Shown here one piece after another: positions 8,769 to 19,207 of a stretch of DNA of 64,000 nucleotides (its first letter is position 1; each line of letters starts with the position of its first letter). Under the pieces are notes generated by a model that was not told the origin of the DNA, ran no database searches, and saw only the letters and a list, made by a program, of their open reading frames with translations. Origin of the DNA: Planctomycetota bacterium (GTDB taxonomy: Bacteria > Planctomycetota > PLA2 > JAEUHO01); the NCBI GenBank assembly GCA_965222115.1, contig CBDCTJ010000007.1, positions 1,696,001 through 1,760,000 of the forward strand. The letters run 5' to 3'. The position numbers and the translations under genes are program-made.

Positions 8769-11700
8769 TCATCTGCCCCCGACTACAAGCGTTTTCTTGA
8801 TCTTGGCAAGCTGCTGTTTCATTTTGGAGCCGCGCTTGGACGACTCGAAGTCGCTTAGATAGTCGACCGCTGTTCTTGATGCTTTATCTTTGGTACTCGG
8901 ATCGAATCCGTTCTCGATTGCGAACGTCACCACCTCAAGATTCCCTCGTTCGCAGGCTAGATGCAGGAGATTCGCGCCTCCTTTGTTTGTCGCGCGCAAG
9001 TTTGCTCCGCGTCTTAGTAGTGCGGAGATGCACTTGACGCTGTTCGCCTGTAGAAGCGGTGTTTCTCCGAATCTGTCATGAGCATGGACCTTTGCCCCTC
9101 CATCAATTAGCTTGTCGCAGCAGAGGTCCTGGCGATTGAATGCTGCGATATGGAGTGGAGTCTGACCATTGACGTCTGCAGCGTTGGGATCTGCGCCGAG
9201 AGCGAGCAGGTGTGACACGGCCAAGTCCCCCGACCCGTGCTTGTAGGTAAAGGTCATACAGGGCATGAATACTGGAGTGCGACCGAGTGAGTTCGCTAGA
9301 TTGGGGTCGATGCCCCATCTCACGATTTCTCGATATACCTCCAAGTCGGTTGAGTTTTTCGCTGCCCAATGGAGCAAGCTATGATGAGGAAGCGAGGGCC
9401 TCCCCTCGCGGTATATCTGGCGATCTTCGTCTCCTCGTCTAAAGATTGCACGCGCAGCACGAAATCTCTTGGCCAGGATTTCGCCAGTGAGCAGTGCTGC
9501 GTACTCTCGTTGATTGAAGTCCAGTGGATGTCCGCAAGCGAGAAGCTGCTGTAGCACCTTGTTGTCGCCGTGTTCGATGGAGGTCCGTATGATTTCGGTG
9601 GGAATTTCCCCCGAGCCTCCGTCTCGATAGCACCCATTGGGGCCTATCATCAACTCTAACCAGTCAGCACGCAACGTTGCGTTCGGAGTCACCCAGGTGC
9701 TGTGAAGCAATGCCGATCGGATGGGCTCCCAGCTGCGCCTCTTTCCGTTCGGCAGGGATGCACCATGATTCATGAGTGATCTTGCGATACCTGTGTGTCC
9801 GAACAAAAGGGCATCACAAAGCGCGCTCGATTCGTACTGTACGTCGATCAGCTCTTCAACCCGATAACTACCTCCCGGAACAGCGATAAGACGATCGATA
9901 CTGCGAGAAACTTGCTTACCAGAAGTGGCGTTAGGATCCGCGCCGGCTGTGAGCAACTCATCGATAGCCCAAGCGGAGCCTCTAACGCTCGCCACCATGA
10001 GCGCGGTGTCTCCCTCGTTGTCGAAGGCTTCCATGTTGCACTTTTGCGCCAGCAGAAACTTCAATGCCGCGCGACCAATCTCCGCATCTTGGATTAGTGC
10101 AGCCTGTGCAAGTGCGTTCGATCCTGGCGCGGTGCTCCAATGGCGGACTTTGCTGCCTATGGCGTGGCCCGGCAAGCCTCTTCTAGGTGACATGGCCAAG
10201 GGCTTTGAACCAAAGAAGGGTGTGTTTGGGTTCGCGCCGAACTTGATTAGCATGCGAAGACTGTCCAGCACTTCTGCGTCGGGTTGTAACTGATCGAATC
10301 TACGGAGGAAGATGCCGAGTACGGTTGCGCCGCTGGACGTGCGCGCGTTGGTGTCTGCTCCGTGTTTCGCTAGAAGGTGTAGGACTCTGTTTCGCACTAT
10401 GCCGTTACGGATCATTGCGGCGGCGTGAAGTGGAGTGCAGTCCTTTTCTCCTGCCATCGTAAGAAAGTCGAACGACTTTGTCTCTGAGGAGCTTCCTTCC
10501 TGAACTAGCCTCTCAACGGTGGACACAAGACCTAGTCGACACGCCCGATATAGCGGCGTCTGAAGCTTGTAGCAACAGACTTCGCGATATTGGTTTCTGC
10601 CGAACCGCTCCTGCTTGGAAACCAGCATGTTGAAGTGAGACTGCTTACCTGCTCCTGCGTCAAGTATCGTTGCCCACTCATCAGTAGTGCGGGCACAGTA
10701 TATGGCTAGGTCCCAGAGGGTGGGGCCCTTCTCCGGGAGTCCAAGCACGCGAGGATCTGCACTATGATCGAATGAGCGACGAAGCAGCCAGGTCGCCGGC
10801 GGCAAGGTCTCATCAGTCATGCGTGCACCCATTGCCAGGAGTTCTCGCGCGTAGCTCCAATCTCCTTTCAAGAAGGCGTAAGCGATCGCAGGAATTCCCT
10901 GGCCCGAGCGGGCAACAGGATTCAATCTGTGCTGCTCGATTAGCGAGCGTAGTGAAGCTCCCGTCGCATGCGCATATCCAACTGCATTCTCTGTTGAGAG
11001 GTCGTCTGTGTCATCGCTCTTGTCTCGTTTGAGAAGTACGCTCACGACATCGGAGTATCCACGAAGGCGAGCAAAGTCCAGCGGTGTTTCGCCGTGGGCC
11101 ACGGCGCGCCATAGCTCGAAATCAGGATCTGTCTTTCGGCGTCCTGGCACCCTAAGTATAGCCTGAGGGCTTGCGCTCAGCATGGATACTTTACCCTTGC
11201 CGCTTGCGAGCGGGTCAGCCCCTAGCGAAATTAGTTGCTTTGTCTGTTCTACGTCGCCTCTAAGACAAGAAAGGTGCAACGCTGTGAAGCCACCAACTGT
11301 TTGCAGATCGATGTCGCAATGCTTAGAGAGTATGTCAATCGCCCGACGATTGTTTGTAAGCACGGCGTGATGAAGGGGCGACAAGGTCTGAATACCACTT
11401 GAGATAAGCAATATCCGGCGTTCTGCGTTTAGCGACAGTTGGCGCTTGACTCTTGAATCTAGGATGGTCGCGTATTCCGCTACCAATGCCGATTCAGTTA
11501 CGCGATGAGTTGGATCCGCGCCCGCATCAAGCAAGATTTTGATTGTCACATTATTCTTCGCACGCACCGCGCGCGTGAGCGGCGTCATTCCTTGCCAGTC
11601 AATCGGATCCAGCGATGACGGCTTCGCTCTAATCATCGCTCGAAGAAGTCGAGCGTCCTTTGACTCGGCGCAAATGTGTAGTGGGGTACCCGTGTTGTGT

Positions 11701-13727
11701 CCACGGCCATCGTGAAATGCAGGGGCAAGTACGTGTGCCCCCTTTTCAATTAAGTATTTCCCAATTCCCACTGACTGATCTCCTCCGTAGGCCGCATAGT
11801 GCAAGGGTTGCCAGCCGACGCTTCCCTCACGCGAATGAAGTAGCGACTTGTCTTGTCGTAGTAGTTCGGTTGCCACTTGGGTCGAGTTGTTCTGTGCCGC
11901 TACGTGCATTGCGGTCGTACCCCGCTTGTCGTCAACGATTAGTGGCGCGCCTCTCGCTATTGCCCATTTCGCGACCTCTACTTGATCGCCGATCGCGGCG
12001 CCTTGCATGACTGCCTGAAGTGCCTCGCGCGTCGGATCCGTTGGGCTCACCAGTGGCGCTCGCTCGATCATTGCTACACGGCCCAATGACGCTGCGATCG
12101 AGATCGAGTCTTCGTAGGAGTCTGCGCCGTTGTGCCAACGCCGTGGTGAAGTCATCAGACACTTGGCTGCGGACAGTGAGTCGAATACAACGCTCATGGT
12201 GAGTACGGAATGCGACTCGCCTCGAATAGTCGCACTCGAAGACATAGGGTGAGACTTGAGTGCGTCCAGTACCTTCGACAACTTTCTTGTGGCGGCGATA
12301 TGGGGGGGCGCAACTTTCGCGGTACCTTTCGTCACTAGCGCAGAAGTTGGGACTCGCATTGACGCCAAAGCAAATGGGTCTGTGACTCGGTACATCAATA
12401 GAGATACGATTTCTACAGAGGAGGCTGCAGCTGCCAGATGGGCTGAATTTGGCGAGTAGATAATTAGCTTGTCAACGGATACGATACCTTTAGCTCGTGT
12501 ATTGGGGTCGGCGCTATGTCTCAGCAGCAACTTCACGCATGAGGCTGAGTCTACAAGCACCGCGATGTGTAGTGGAGTGAGACCTTGGTCAGTGACCTCG
12601 TGACACTTCGAGTCATTCTCCAGTAGTTCGCGTAGCTTGTTCACGTCACTTGCTGCGCACGCACGATGGGTAGGATTTGATAGTCGATGAAGCTGCGTTC
12701 GTACATCACGCGCGGGATCGATCGGTATAGGCGCCTGTGTTTTCGCCTCACGGTGGATTTCCGGTCTCTCTTGAGCGTCGATCTTACCGATTGATTGGCG
12801 CCGATTGTGAAACAAGGCGATGGCAGTGATTGCTGCAACTCCGAGCAATGCTGCGCTTGCCATCTTCCAGCGTACAGTTGGCGATTTTCTTTGCGACCCC
12901 TTTACATCTGCGTTTGGCCTAGTTGGGTAGAGAGATCGACCGAATTCTAGACATGACCCAAAGCGCCCACTTGGTTCGACCGACAACGCCTTGCCTATCG
13001 CGCGGGATACGGTTCTAGAAACGTTGGTATTGAACTCATGCAGGGCTTGAGGGGGCCTCGTCGACTTGGAGGCCATAATCTCGATGTAGCTGCGGCCTTT
13101 GTACGGTTTCTCACCGCCTAGCGCCTCGTAGACAGTCATTGCGAGGCCATACTGGTCTGTTGCACCCGAGAAGCTCTTGGCACTTCCCGCTTGTTCTGGC
13201 GCCATGTAGATGGGACTGCCGGCGTTTCCAATGTTCCCGCTGTCGGTAGTCTTACGGAGCGCCAAGCCAAAGTCGGCGAGTACAGGCGAACCATGTTCAT
13301 CAAACAGGATGTTGGCGGGCTTTACATCGCGATGCACGATTCCGCGTTCATGGAGATAATCCAATGCACGTGCGACGGGTTCAAGCCAGACGCGCGTTTG
13401 CGCAAGACTTTGAGTCTTTTGTGCTTTGAGGCGATCTTCAAGACTGCCTCCCGGCAAGTATTCCAAGATGTAATATGGAATATCTTCATGCAGCCCTCGA
13501 CCGAGGATGCGAACGATATTTGGATGGCGAATGCGGCGTAGCTCGTCAATCTCACGCACCAGTCGATACGCATTGGCTTTCGATCGGCCGGCGCGCACAC
13601 GTGCCAGCTTGGCGACGACGAGTCGGCCCGTACTGATCTCTTCGGCGAGCCATGCCGCACCCATGCCGCCTTGGCCTAGAAGTGTTTGTAGCTCATACCG
13701 CTCGTTAAGTATCGATCCTGTCTCCAT
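8769..13727 (-). CDS. Ser/Thr protein kinase - TM - large ankyrin-repeat region (1652 aa)
   Basis: GQGGMG, VVAK, HRDVKPAN, DFG and MAPE all intact. TM ASAALLGVAAITAIALF. Numerous TPLH/TALH ankyrin repeats through to the C-terminus. Confidence 0.92.
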   Translation of the reverse strand: METGSILNERYELQTLLGQGGMGAAWLAEEISTGRLVVAKLARVRAGRSKANAYRLVREIDELRRIRHPNIVRILGRGLHEDIPYYILEYLPGGSLEDRLKAQKTQSLAQTRVWLEPVARALDYLHERGIVHRDVKPANILFDEHGSPVLADFGLALRKTTDSGNIGNAGSPIYMAPEQAGSAKSFSGATDQYGLAMTVYEALGGEKPYKGRSYIEIMASKSTRPPQALHEFNTNVSRTVSRAIGKALSVEPSGRFGSCLEFGRSLYPTRPNADVKGSQRKSPTVRWKMASAALLGVAAITAIALFHNRRQSIGKIDAQERPEIHREAKTQAPIPIDPARDVRTQLHRLSNPTHRACAASDVNKLRELLENDSKCHEVTDQGLTPLHIAVLVDSASCVKLLLRHSADPNTRAKGIVSVDKLIIYSPNSAHLAAAASSVEIVSLLMYRVTDPFALASMRVPTSALVTKGTAKVAPPHIAATRKLSKVLDALKSHPMSSSATIRGESHSVLTMSVVFDSLSAAKCLMTSPRRWHNGADSYEDSISIAASLGRVAMIERAPLVSPTDPTREALQAVMQGAAIGDQVEVAKWAIARGAPLIVDDKRGTTAMHVAAQNNSTQVATELLRQDKSLLHSREGSVGWQPLHYAAYGGDQSVGIGKYLIEKGAHVLAPAFHDGRGHNTGTPLHICAESKDARLLRAMIRAKPSSLDPIDWQGMTPLTRAVRAKNNVTIKILLDAGADPTHRVTESALVAEYATILDSRVKRQLSLNAERRILLISSGIQTLSPLHHAVLTNNRRAIDILSKHCDIDLQTVGGFTALHLSCLRGDVEQTKQLISLGADPLASGKGKVSMLSASPQAILRVPGRRKTDPDFELWRAVAHGETPLDFARLRGYSDVVSVLLKRDKSDDTDDLSTENAVGYAHATGASLRSLIEQHRLNPVARSGQGIPAIAYAFLKGDWSYARELLAMGARMTDETLPPATWLLRRSFDHSADPRVLGLPEKGPTLWDLAIYCARTTDEWATILDAGAGKQSHFNMLVSKQERFGRNQYREVCCYKLQTPLYRACRLGLVSTVERLVQEGSSSETKSFDFLTMAGEKDCTPLHAAAMIRNGIVRNRVLHLLAKHGADTNARTSSGATVLGIFLRRFDQLQPDAEVLDSLRMLIKFGANPNTPFFGSKPLAMSPRRGLPGHAIGSKVRHWSTAPGSNALAQAALIQDAEIGRAALKFLLAQKCNMEAFDNEGDTALMVASVRGSAWAIDELLTAGADPNATSGKQVSRSIDRLIAVPGGSYRVEELIDVQYESSALCDALLFGHTGIARSLMNHGASLPNGKRRSWEPIRSALLHSTWVTPNATLRADWLELMIGPNGCYRDGGSGEIPTEIIRTSIEHGDNKVLQQLLACGHPLDFNQREYAALLTGEILAKRFRAARAIFRRGDEDRQIYREGRPSLPHHSLLHWAAKNSTDLEVYREIVRWGIDPNLANSLGRTPVFMPCMTFTYKHGSGDLAVSHLLALGADPNAADVNGQTPLHIAAFNRQDLCCDKLIDGGAKVHAHDRFGETPLLQANSVKCISALLRRGANLRATNKGGANLLHLACERGNLEVVTFAIENGFDPSTKDKASRTAVDYLSDFESSKRGSKMKQQLAKIKKTLVVGGR

Positions 13728-13820
13728 CGAAGCATGCTACTGAGGCCCACAGAATCGCCAACATCTGGACACAGTCGCGTATGCCACACCGTGCTTTCCA
13801 GTGAGTCCTCGGTTGCCTTA

Positions 13821-15002
13821 CTAGCGACGTGTGGAGGTGTTTTCGATGAGCGAGTACATCGCCATTGCAGTTGGTGGGCGGCGCGATGGATCTGGGTCTA
13901 ACGACTGATCGATTGCATTTGCGAGTGCTTCAGGAACGTCGGCGTTTCTCATCTGAACTGGCACGTAGACCGCTCGCATGAGGTCGCTCCAGTTCGTTTC
14001 GCCATCGCCCTCGTAATGCCATGATGCTGTGGCGGCGTAATACAGCGTTGCACCTGCGCCGAAGATGTCCGTCGCCACGGAGACTTTGCGTGCATCCCGC
14101 AGTTGTTCCGGCGGCATGAACTTGGGGGTGCCCTTGATGGAGTCACTGGTTGTGAGACACGGTTGACCTGCGTCGCGAAGACTTTTTGCCAAACCAAAGT
14201 CGGCCAATTTAACACGGTATCTGCCATCAGACTTCTCAACGAGAACGTTCTTTGGCTTGATGTCCCTATGAATGACCCCCTGATTATGTGCATAGCCAAT
14301 GGCATGAAGCAGATCGCGAGCAATTGAAGTGACCTCACTGGACTTCATCGGGCCGTGTTGATTCACGTGCGCCTGCAGGTCGAGGCCCTGAATCCACTCA
14401 AATGCAATCCAAAGCTCCTCGCCGCGATCGGACGCACCAAGTGTGCGAACAATGTGTGGATGACGGAGGGACGCTGCGATTTCGATCTCGCGCATGAAAT
14501 GAGCCACCGCCTTGCTGCTTTCATTGGAGGAAAGTGGCAAGATTTTCACTGCAGCGATCTTCCCCGTATCTCGCTGTAGTGCGAGATGCACTTCACCACC
14601 AGTACCGCTTGAGATGCATCGGAGACACTCGTAGTCTCGTAACGAAGCACCGATCGACTCAAGGACCCTTTCGCCGAACTCCTCCTCATCTCGCGAATTG
14701 GCGATAATGGCTTCCATTGACGTGTGTCCGATATGGAGCGTGTCCCCTGTGCAAAGGTCCGCCCTGGCAACCCGCTTCCCGTTTACGTGTACGCCGTTGC
14801 TGCTTCCTAGGTCGCGCACTGAAACTTTGTTCGCACCCATCTCAACGAGGGCGTGAAGCCTGGACATGTACGGATCGGTCGGCACCTGCGAAGATTGGTC
14901 TGCTTCTCCGCCGCGACCGATGACGAAGCTCTGATATCCCTCGTACACAAAATCACGGCCAACGTCGGGCCCCTTCAGAACTCGAAACTTCACTTGCAGC
15001 AC
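13821..15002 (-). CDS. FHA domain + Ser/Thr protein kinase
   Basis: FHA motifs IGR, MSRLHA, DLGSSNGVHVNG. Kinase motifs AAVK, HRDIKPKN, DFG, MPPE. No TM. GTG start with GGAG RBS. Confidence 0.92.
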   Translation of the reverse strand: MLQVKFRVLKGPDVGRDFVYEGYQSFVIGRGGEADQSSQVPTDPYMSRLHALVEMGANKVSVRDLGSSNGVHVNGKRVARADLCTGDTLHIGHTSMEAIIANSRDEEEFGERVLESIGASLRDYECLRCISSGTGGEVHLALQRDTGKIAAVKILPLSSNESSKAVAHFMREIEIAASLRHPHIVRTLGASDRGEELWIAFEWIQGLDLQAHVNQHGPMKSSEVTSIARDLLHAIGYAHNQGVIHRDIKPKNVLVEKSDGRYRVKLADFGLAKSLRDAGQPCLTTSDSIKGTPKFMPPEQLRDARKVSVATDIFGAGATLYYAATASWHYEGDGETNWSDLMRAVYVPVQMRNADVPEALANAIDQSLDPDPSRRPPTAMAMYSLIENTSTRR

Positions 15003-15078
15003 AAGATACTCCGCTTTGACCGGAAAACTTCCTACGCGGCATTGCGACTCAGAGCCGCTTCAGCGCTCTACGTCATCG

Positions 15079-15098
15079 GCCCGTCGAGCATAGTCTAG
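15079..15098 (+). repeat. Right copy of the 20-bp imperfect direct repeat
   Basis: GCCCGTCGAGCATAGTCTAG, 49 bp beyond the clpP stop; partner at 6013-6032. Confidence 0.55.
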
Positions 15099-15147
15099 TC
15101 AGATCCGCAAGTTTGAATCCCTCAAGTCATCGGGTCCAGCGGCGTGG

Positions 15148-15801
15148 CTACTTCTTCTCTTTCTCATCCTTCGCATCGAGATGCTTCTTGGATTCGACGA
15201 CTTCGTCGAGGAGGCCGTAGTCTTTGGCCTCGGTGGCGGACATGTACTTGTCGCGGTCGGTGTCGTGTTCGATGTCCTTCATAGGCTTGCCGGTGTGGCG
15301 AGCAAGGATTTCGTTGAGGATGCGACGGGCGTAGAGAATTTCTTCGGCCTGGATTTCGATGTCGGCCGCGGTGCCTTGGGCGCCGCCCCAGGGTTGGTGA
15401 ATCATCACGCGTGCGTTGGGCAGGGCGAAGCGCTTGCCGGGTGTGCCAGCCGCAAGCAGGATGGCCGCCATGCTGGCCGCGCTACCGATGCACACGGTTT
15501 CCACGGGGCACGAGATGTACTGCAGCGTGTCGTAGACGGCGAGTCCCGCGGTGATGCTGCCGCCAGGGCTGTTGATGTAGAGATGGACGTCGCGATTTCG
15601 ATCGCTCTTCTCAAGCACGAGCAACTGGCCAATCAAAAGGTTCGCGACCGTGTCGTTGATGGGCGTGCCGAGATAGACAATGCGGTCTTCTAGCAGGCGG
15701 CTCCACACATCGTAATGGCGTTCGCCACGCCCGGTACGCTCGATAATGGTGGGGTTGGGAATGTAGCCCTGAAAATTCTGCGGGGTCTTAACGTCGCTCA
15801 T
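15148..15801 (-). CDS. clpP: ATP-dependent Clp protease proteolytic subunit
   Basis: [21 protein letters not shown], catalytic Ser in AASMA, MIHQP. Confidence 0.98.
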   Translation of the reverse strand: MSDVKTPQNFQGYIPNPTIIERTGRGERHYDVWSRLLEDRIVYLGTPINDTVANLLIGQLLVLEKSDRNRDVHLYINSPGGSITAGLAVYDTLQYISCPVETVCIGSAASMAAILLAAGTPGKRFALPNARVMIHQPWGGAQGTAADIEIQAEEILYARRILNEILARHTGKPMKDIEHDTDRDKYMSATEAKDYGLLDEVVESKKHLDAKDEKEKK

Positions 15802-15828
15802 GGAATGGGGGGTCCTCAGTAGGGGGGC

Positions 15829-17292
15829 CTACTTCTTCTTGGATGCTTTCTTCTTTGCCGCCTTCTTCTTGGCGGTCTTCTTTTTGGACGCCTTCTTCTT
15901 CGAAGCTTTCTTCGACGAGTCTTTCTTCTTCTGGGCAGCGCCCCCCTTAGCGTCGTCGGAGGGGGAGGCCTCTTCAAGGAGGCTCTCATCTTCGACCACG
16001 GCAGCCTTGCTGCGGATGAACTCGGCTACCTTGCGCTCCCGAATCTGCATCTTGATCTCGTGAATGCGCTCACCGCTTTGAAGCGACTGGATCACCTGCT
16101 CGACGGGGACGCCGTACGCCTTGGCCATGTCGACCGCGGCGCCGTGTACGTCGGCCTGCGTCGCTTCGATGGATTCGGCATCGGCAATACGTTCCAGCAG
16201 AAAGAAACGCTTGTAGTCGAGTTCGATGGCACTCTTTGCGTCGCCTCGTTCCGCGTCGATCGTCTTTTCAATCTCGTCTTCCGGTTTCTCATCGAGTTGC
16301 ATACGCATACGCTTGCGTGAGGCCCAGCCTTCGAGTTCGTTGGAGACAAAATCCTCGGGCAACGACATCTCGATGCCCTCGACGAGTTCCTCCACAAGCT
16401 TGTCGGCGGCATAGCGGTCCCGCCCGCGTTCGCTGCTGCGTCGAATCTGCTTCTTCATGTCGCTGCGAAGTTCGTCTTCGTCGTCGTAGTCGAGCTCCTT
16501 GAGGAAGGCCTCGTCGATTTCGGGTAAGACGAAGCGTTTGATCTTCTTGAGCTTGACCTCAAGCGTCATCTCAATCCCGCGCAACTCCTCACGCTTGTCG
16601 TCGGCCGGAACCTCGACCGTGTCGGTTGCGACGGTGCCAACCGGTTTCCCTTCGAGTTGATCGTCCAGCGCTTCGACGACGTAGCCCGCAAGCACACCGC
16701 GTCCCAGCGAGTAAAAGACGCCGTCGTCGCGATCTAAGACGCTTTCGCCCTCCATGGCCTTGTAGTCAATGACCAGTACGTCCTTCTCCTGCGCCGTGGC
16801 CTTCTCGTCTTGGACGTCTTCGAGCTTGGCCAGGCGTTCGCGAAGGCCCGAAATGGCGTCGTCAACGTCGTCGTCCGTAACCTTGATGGGCGGAACGCGA
16901 ACTTCGAGCCCCTCGTATTTCGGCGTTTCAAATTCGGGCTTGGTGACAACTTCAAACTCGAATGAAAATGGCTTGTTTCGCTCTAAGGGAAACGAATCGA
17001 CATCAAGGTTGGGAGCACGCAGCGGCTCGATCTTTTTGGATTCGACAAGCTCTTCGAAAATCTCTTGAATCAACTCGGCGCGGACTTCTTCGCCTAGCTT
17101 CTTGCCAAAGCGTTTTTCGATGATTTGGCGTGGCGCGTGTCCGGGCCGAAATCCCGGCAAAGCGATGTTGTCGTTGATCTCGCCGAATTTCTTGTTGAAG
17201 GCCTCTTCGATGCGCTCTTCGCTCAGCTTGATCGACACCTTCTTCACGCAGGGCGCCTTGGTCTCTACCTGAACGTCCATGGGAGTCTCCAT
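15829..17292 (-). CDS. tig: Trigger factor with Lys-rich C-terminal tail
   Basis: Ribosome-binding signature PGFRPGHAP, FKBP-like middle domain, position upstream of clpP. Start could be 17280. Confidence 0.93.
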   Translation of the reverse strand: METPMDVQVETKAPCVKKVSIKLSEERIEEAFNKKFGEINDNIALPGFRPGHAPRQIIEKRFGKKLGEEVRAELIQEIFEELVESKKIEPLRAPNLDVDSFPLERNKPFSFEFEVVTKPEFETPKYEGLEVRVPPIKVTDDDVDDAISGLRERLAKLEDVQDEKATAQEKDVLVIDYKAMEGESVLDRDDGVFYSLGRGVLAGYVVEALDDQLEGKPVGTVATDTVEVPADDKREELRGIEMTLEVKLKKIKRFVLPEIDEAFLKELDYDDEDELRSDMKKQIRRSSERGRDRYAADKLVEELVEGIEMSLPEDFVSNELEGWASRKRMRMQLDEKPEDEIEKTIDAERGDAKSAIELDYKRFFLLERIADAESIEATQADVHGAAVDMAKAYGVPVEQVIQSLQSGERIHEIKMQIRERKVAEFIRSKAAVVEDESLLEEASPSDDAKGGAAQKKKDSSKKASKKKASKKKTAKKKAAKKKASKKK

Positions 17293-17696
17293 CCGCCGCG
17301 CAGGACCGTCCGCCCGGGTGCGGCGGCCAGAAGGTAGCCGCTCATTGGGAGGGGAACGAAGGAAGGCCCGGCGTCAACGGGCCTCACAGCCCCATAAATC
17401 TGCCTTTCCCCTGGTTCCCGTGACTTTCCTGGTGGTTCCGCTCGGTGATGGATCTAGAATCAGGGGGACCGCTGTGCGCTACCAGCGCAGCCGCTCGTCT
17501 CTCTATTGGCTTTGGTCTGGCCTACGTCTCGACCTGTCCCCATTGGCGGACGCGTTCAGCGACGAAGCAAAGATCGCCCCTCACTCCGGGCGGCCCCACT
17601 CGTGGCGTCGCCCAAGTTCTGGCGGTAGCGCAATGGGAATGGCAAGGACCCCTTCAAGGTTCTTGGGCAAGGTTTTTGGGGGCAAGGCGAAGGCAC

Positions 17697-19190
17697 GTGC
17701 CTCGCACTGAGAAGGACCCCGCAGCCGGAGACGCGCAAGGACAGCAATATCCAGGAAAAGAACCATTGAGAAATAGAAGAAACTCACACTCCGGACGCGG
17801 CGGTAGTCGTAGGCGTCGGCCTACGCGAGGTCGTGGCACGGCCCGCGGTGGATCATCGCGTGGCCCTTCAAGAGGAGGACGATCACCGCGTGGCGGTGGT
17901 CGCGGTGGCGGACGGTCTCGCGGTCCCAACCGTGACCAGCCCGCATACGACGAATCGGGTTTGCCGTACGGCGTCCTGCTTGCCGAGCCCACACCACCAC
18001 TTCCACCGCCTGACTTCAAGTTCACTGAACCCACGATGGAAGAGATGTATGCCTTTGGCCTACTCGACTTGCATCGCGATGGACATGGCTACTTACGTTC
18101 ACCCGCCACCATGTACGTCCCGTCGGATGACGACGTGCATGTGTCGCGCGATTTGGTGGAGCAGTACGGACTTCGCGACGGCGTGACGATTGATGGCATT
18201 GCCGGTCGTGCGCGCCGCCCGGGCTTGAGTCCACCGCTTGAAGAACTGGTGTCGGTATGCGGCGTTGCTCCGCATCTCTATCACAAGACGCGCAAGTGGG
18301 ATCAGCTCACCGTGATCGATCCCGAGCGTCGTTTGAATCTCACCGAAGGCACCGACGACATCACGCTGCGTATTATTGACATGCTTGCGCCGATTGGCTT
18401 TGGCCAGCGCGGACTGCTTGTGTCGCCGCCGCGTGCCGGTAAGACGATGATCCTGCAGAAGCTCGCGCAAGCGGTGGAACGCAATCACCCTGAAGCCTAT
18501 TTGATGATTCTGTTGGTCGATGAGCGACCGGAAGAGGCCACTGCATTCCAACGCGCCACCAACGGCGAGGTTGTGGTGAGCACCAACGACGAAACGCCCG
18601 AGAATCACGTCCGCGTGACAGAAATGGCATTGAAGAAGGCCAAGCGTCTCGTTGAGACCGGCAAGGATGTTGTGATCTTGATGGACAGCCTCACACGCCT
18701 GGGTCGTGCCTACAACCTGCTGCAACGCAGTGGGGGGCGCACACTTTCGGGTGGTATGGACAGCCGCAGCTTGGAAAAGCCCAAGGCGTTCTTTGGCGGT
18801 GCGCGCAATATCGAGGAAGGCGGTTCACTCACCATCGTGGCCACGGCCTTGATCGAAACCAACTCGCGCATGGATCAGGTGATCTTTGAGGAGTTCAAAG
18901 GCACGGGCAACATGGAGTTGGTGCTCAGCCGCGCACTGGCCGAGCAACGCATCTGGCCTGCGATCGACGTCAATATGTCGGGTACGCGTAAGGAAGAGAA
19001 GCTGTTGTCGCAGTTGTTCCTTGAGAAGGTCTACATGCTTCGTCGTGTGCTTCAACGCGTGCGTCCGATCGATGCCATGCAACTATTGATCGAGCGCATG
19101 GAAGCCACGGGCGATAACAAAGCCTTCCTCGATCTCCTGTCCCAGCCGGGTCGGAGGAATGAGGATGACACGTTTGATTACGCGACGTAG
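17697..19190 (+). CDS. rho: Transcription termination factor Rho with Arg/Gly-rich N-terminal extension
   Basis: GYLR RNA-binding domain, [43 protein letters not shown]. Start uncertain (GTG 17697 or TTG 17766). Confidence 0.95.
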   Translation: MPRTEKDPAAGDAQGQQYPGKEPLRNRRNSHSGRGGSRRRRPTRGRGTARGGSSRGPSRGGRSPRGGGRGGGRSRGPNRDQPAYDESGLPYGVLLAEPTPPLPPPDFKFTEPTMEEMYAFGLLDLHRDGHGYLRSPATMYVPSDDDVHVSRDLVEQYGLRDGVTIDGIAGRARRPGLSPPLEELVSVCGVAPHLYHKTRKWDQLTVIDPERRLNLTEGTDDITLRIIDMLAPIGFGQRGLLVSPPRAGKTMILQKLAQAVERNHPEAYLMILLVDERPEEATAFQRATNGEVVVSTNDETPENHVRVTEMALKKAKRLVETGKDVVILMDSLTRLGRAYNLLQRSGGRTLSGGMDSRSLEKPKAFFGGARNIEEGGSLTIVATALIETNSRMDQVIFEEFKGTGNMELVLSRALAEQRIWPAIDVNMSGTRKEEKLLSQLFLEKVYMLRRVLQRVRPIDAMQLLIERMEATGDNKAFLDLLSQPGRRNEDDTFDYAT

Positions 19191-19207
19191 GTAGGGGGCG
19201 TCTAACC

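Larger units (their letters stand above)
6013..15098. mobile_element. Putative inserted cassette (genomic islet) between clpP and clpX; no integrase seen
   Basis: Interrupts the conserved tig-clpP-clpX order, is bounded by the 20-bp repeat, and looks less GC-rich than its flanks by eye. Confidence 0.55.

Noticed and set aside
17293-17696. Possible tRNA upstream of tig (a common location)
   Set aside because: No T-loop GTTCRA motif or cloverleaf was recognised on either strand.
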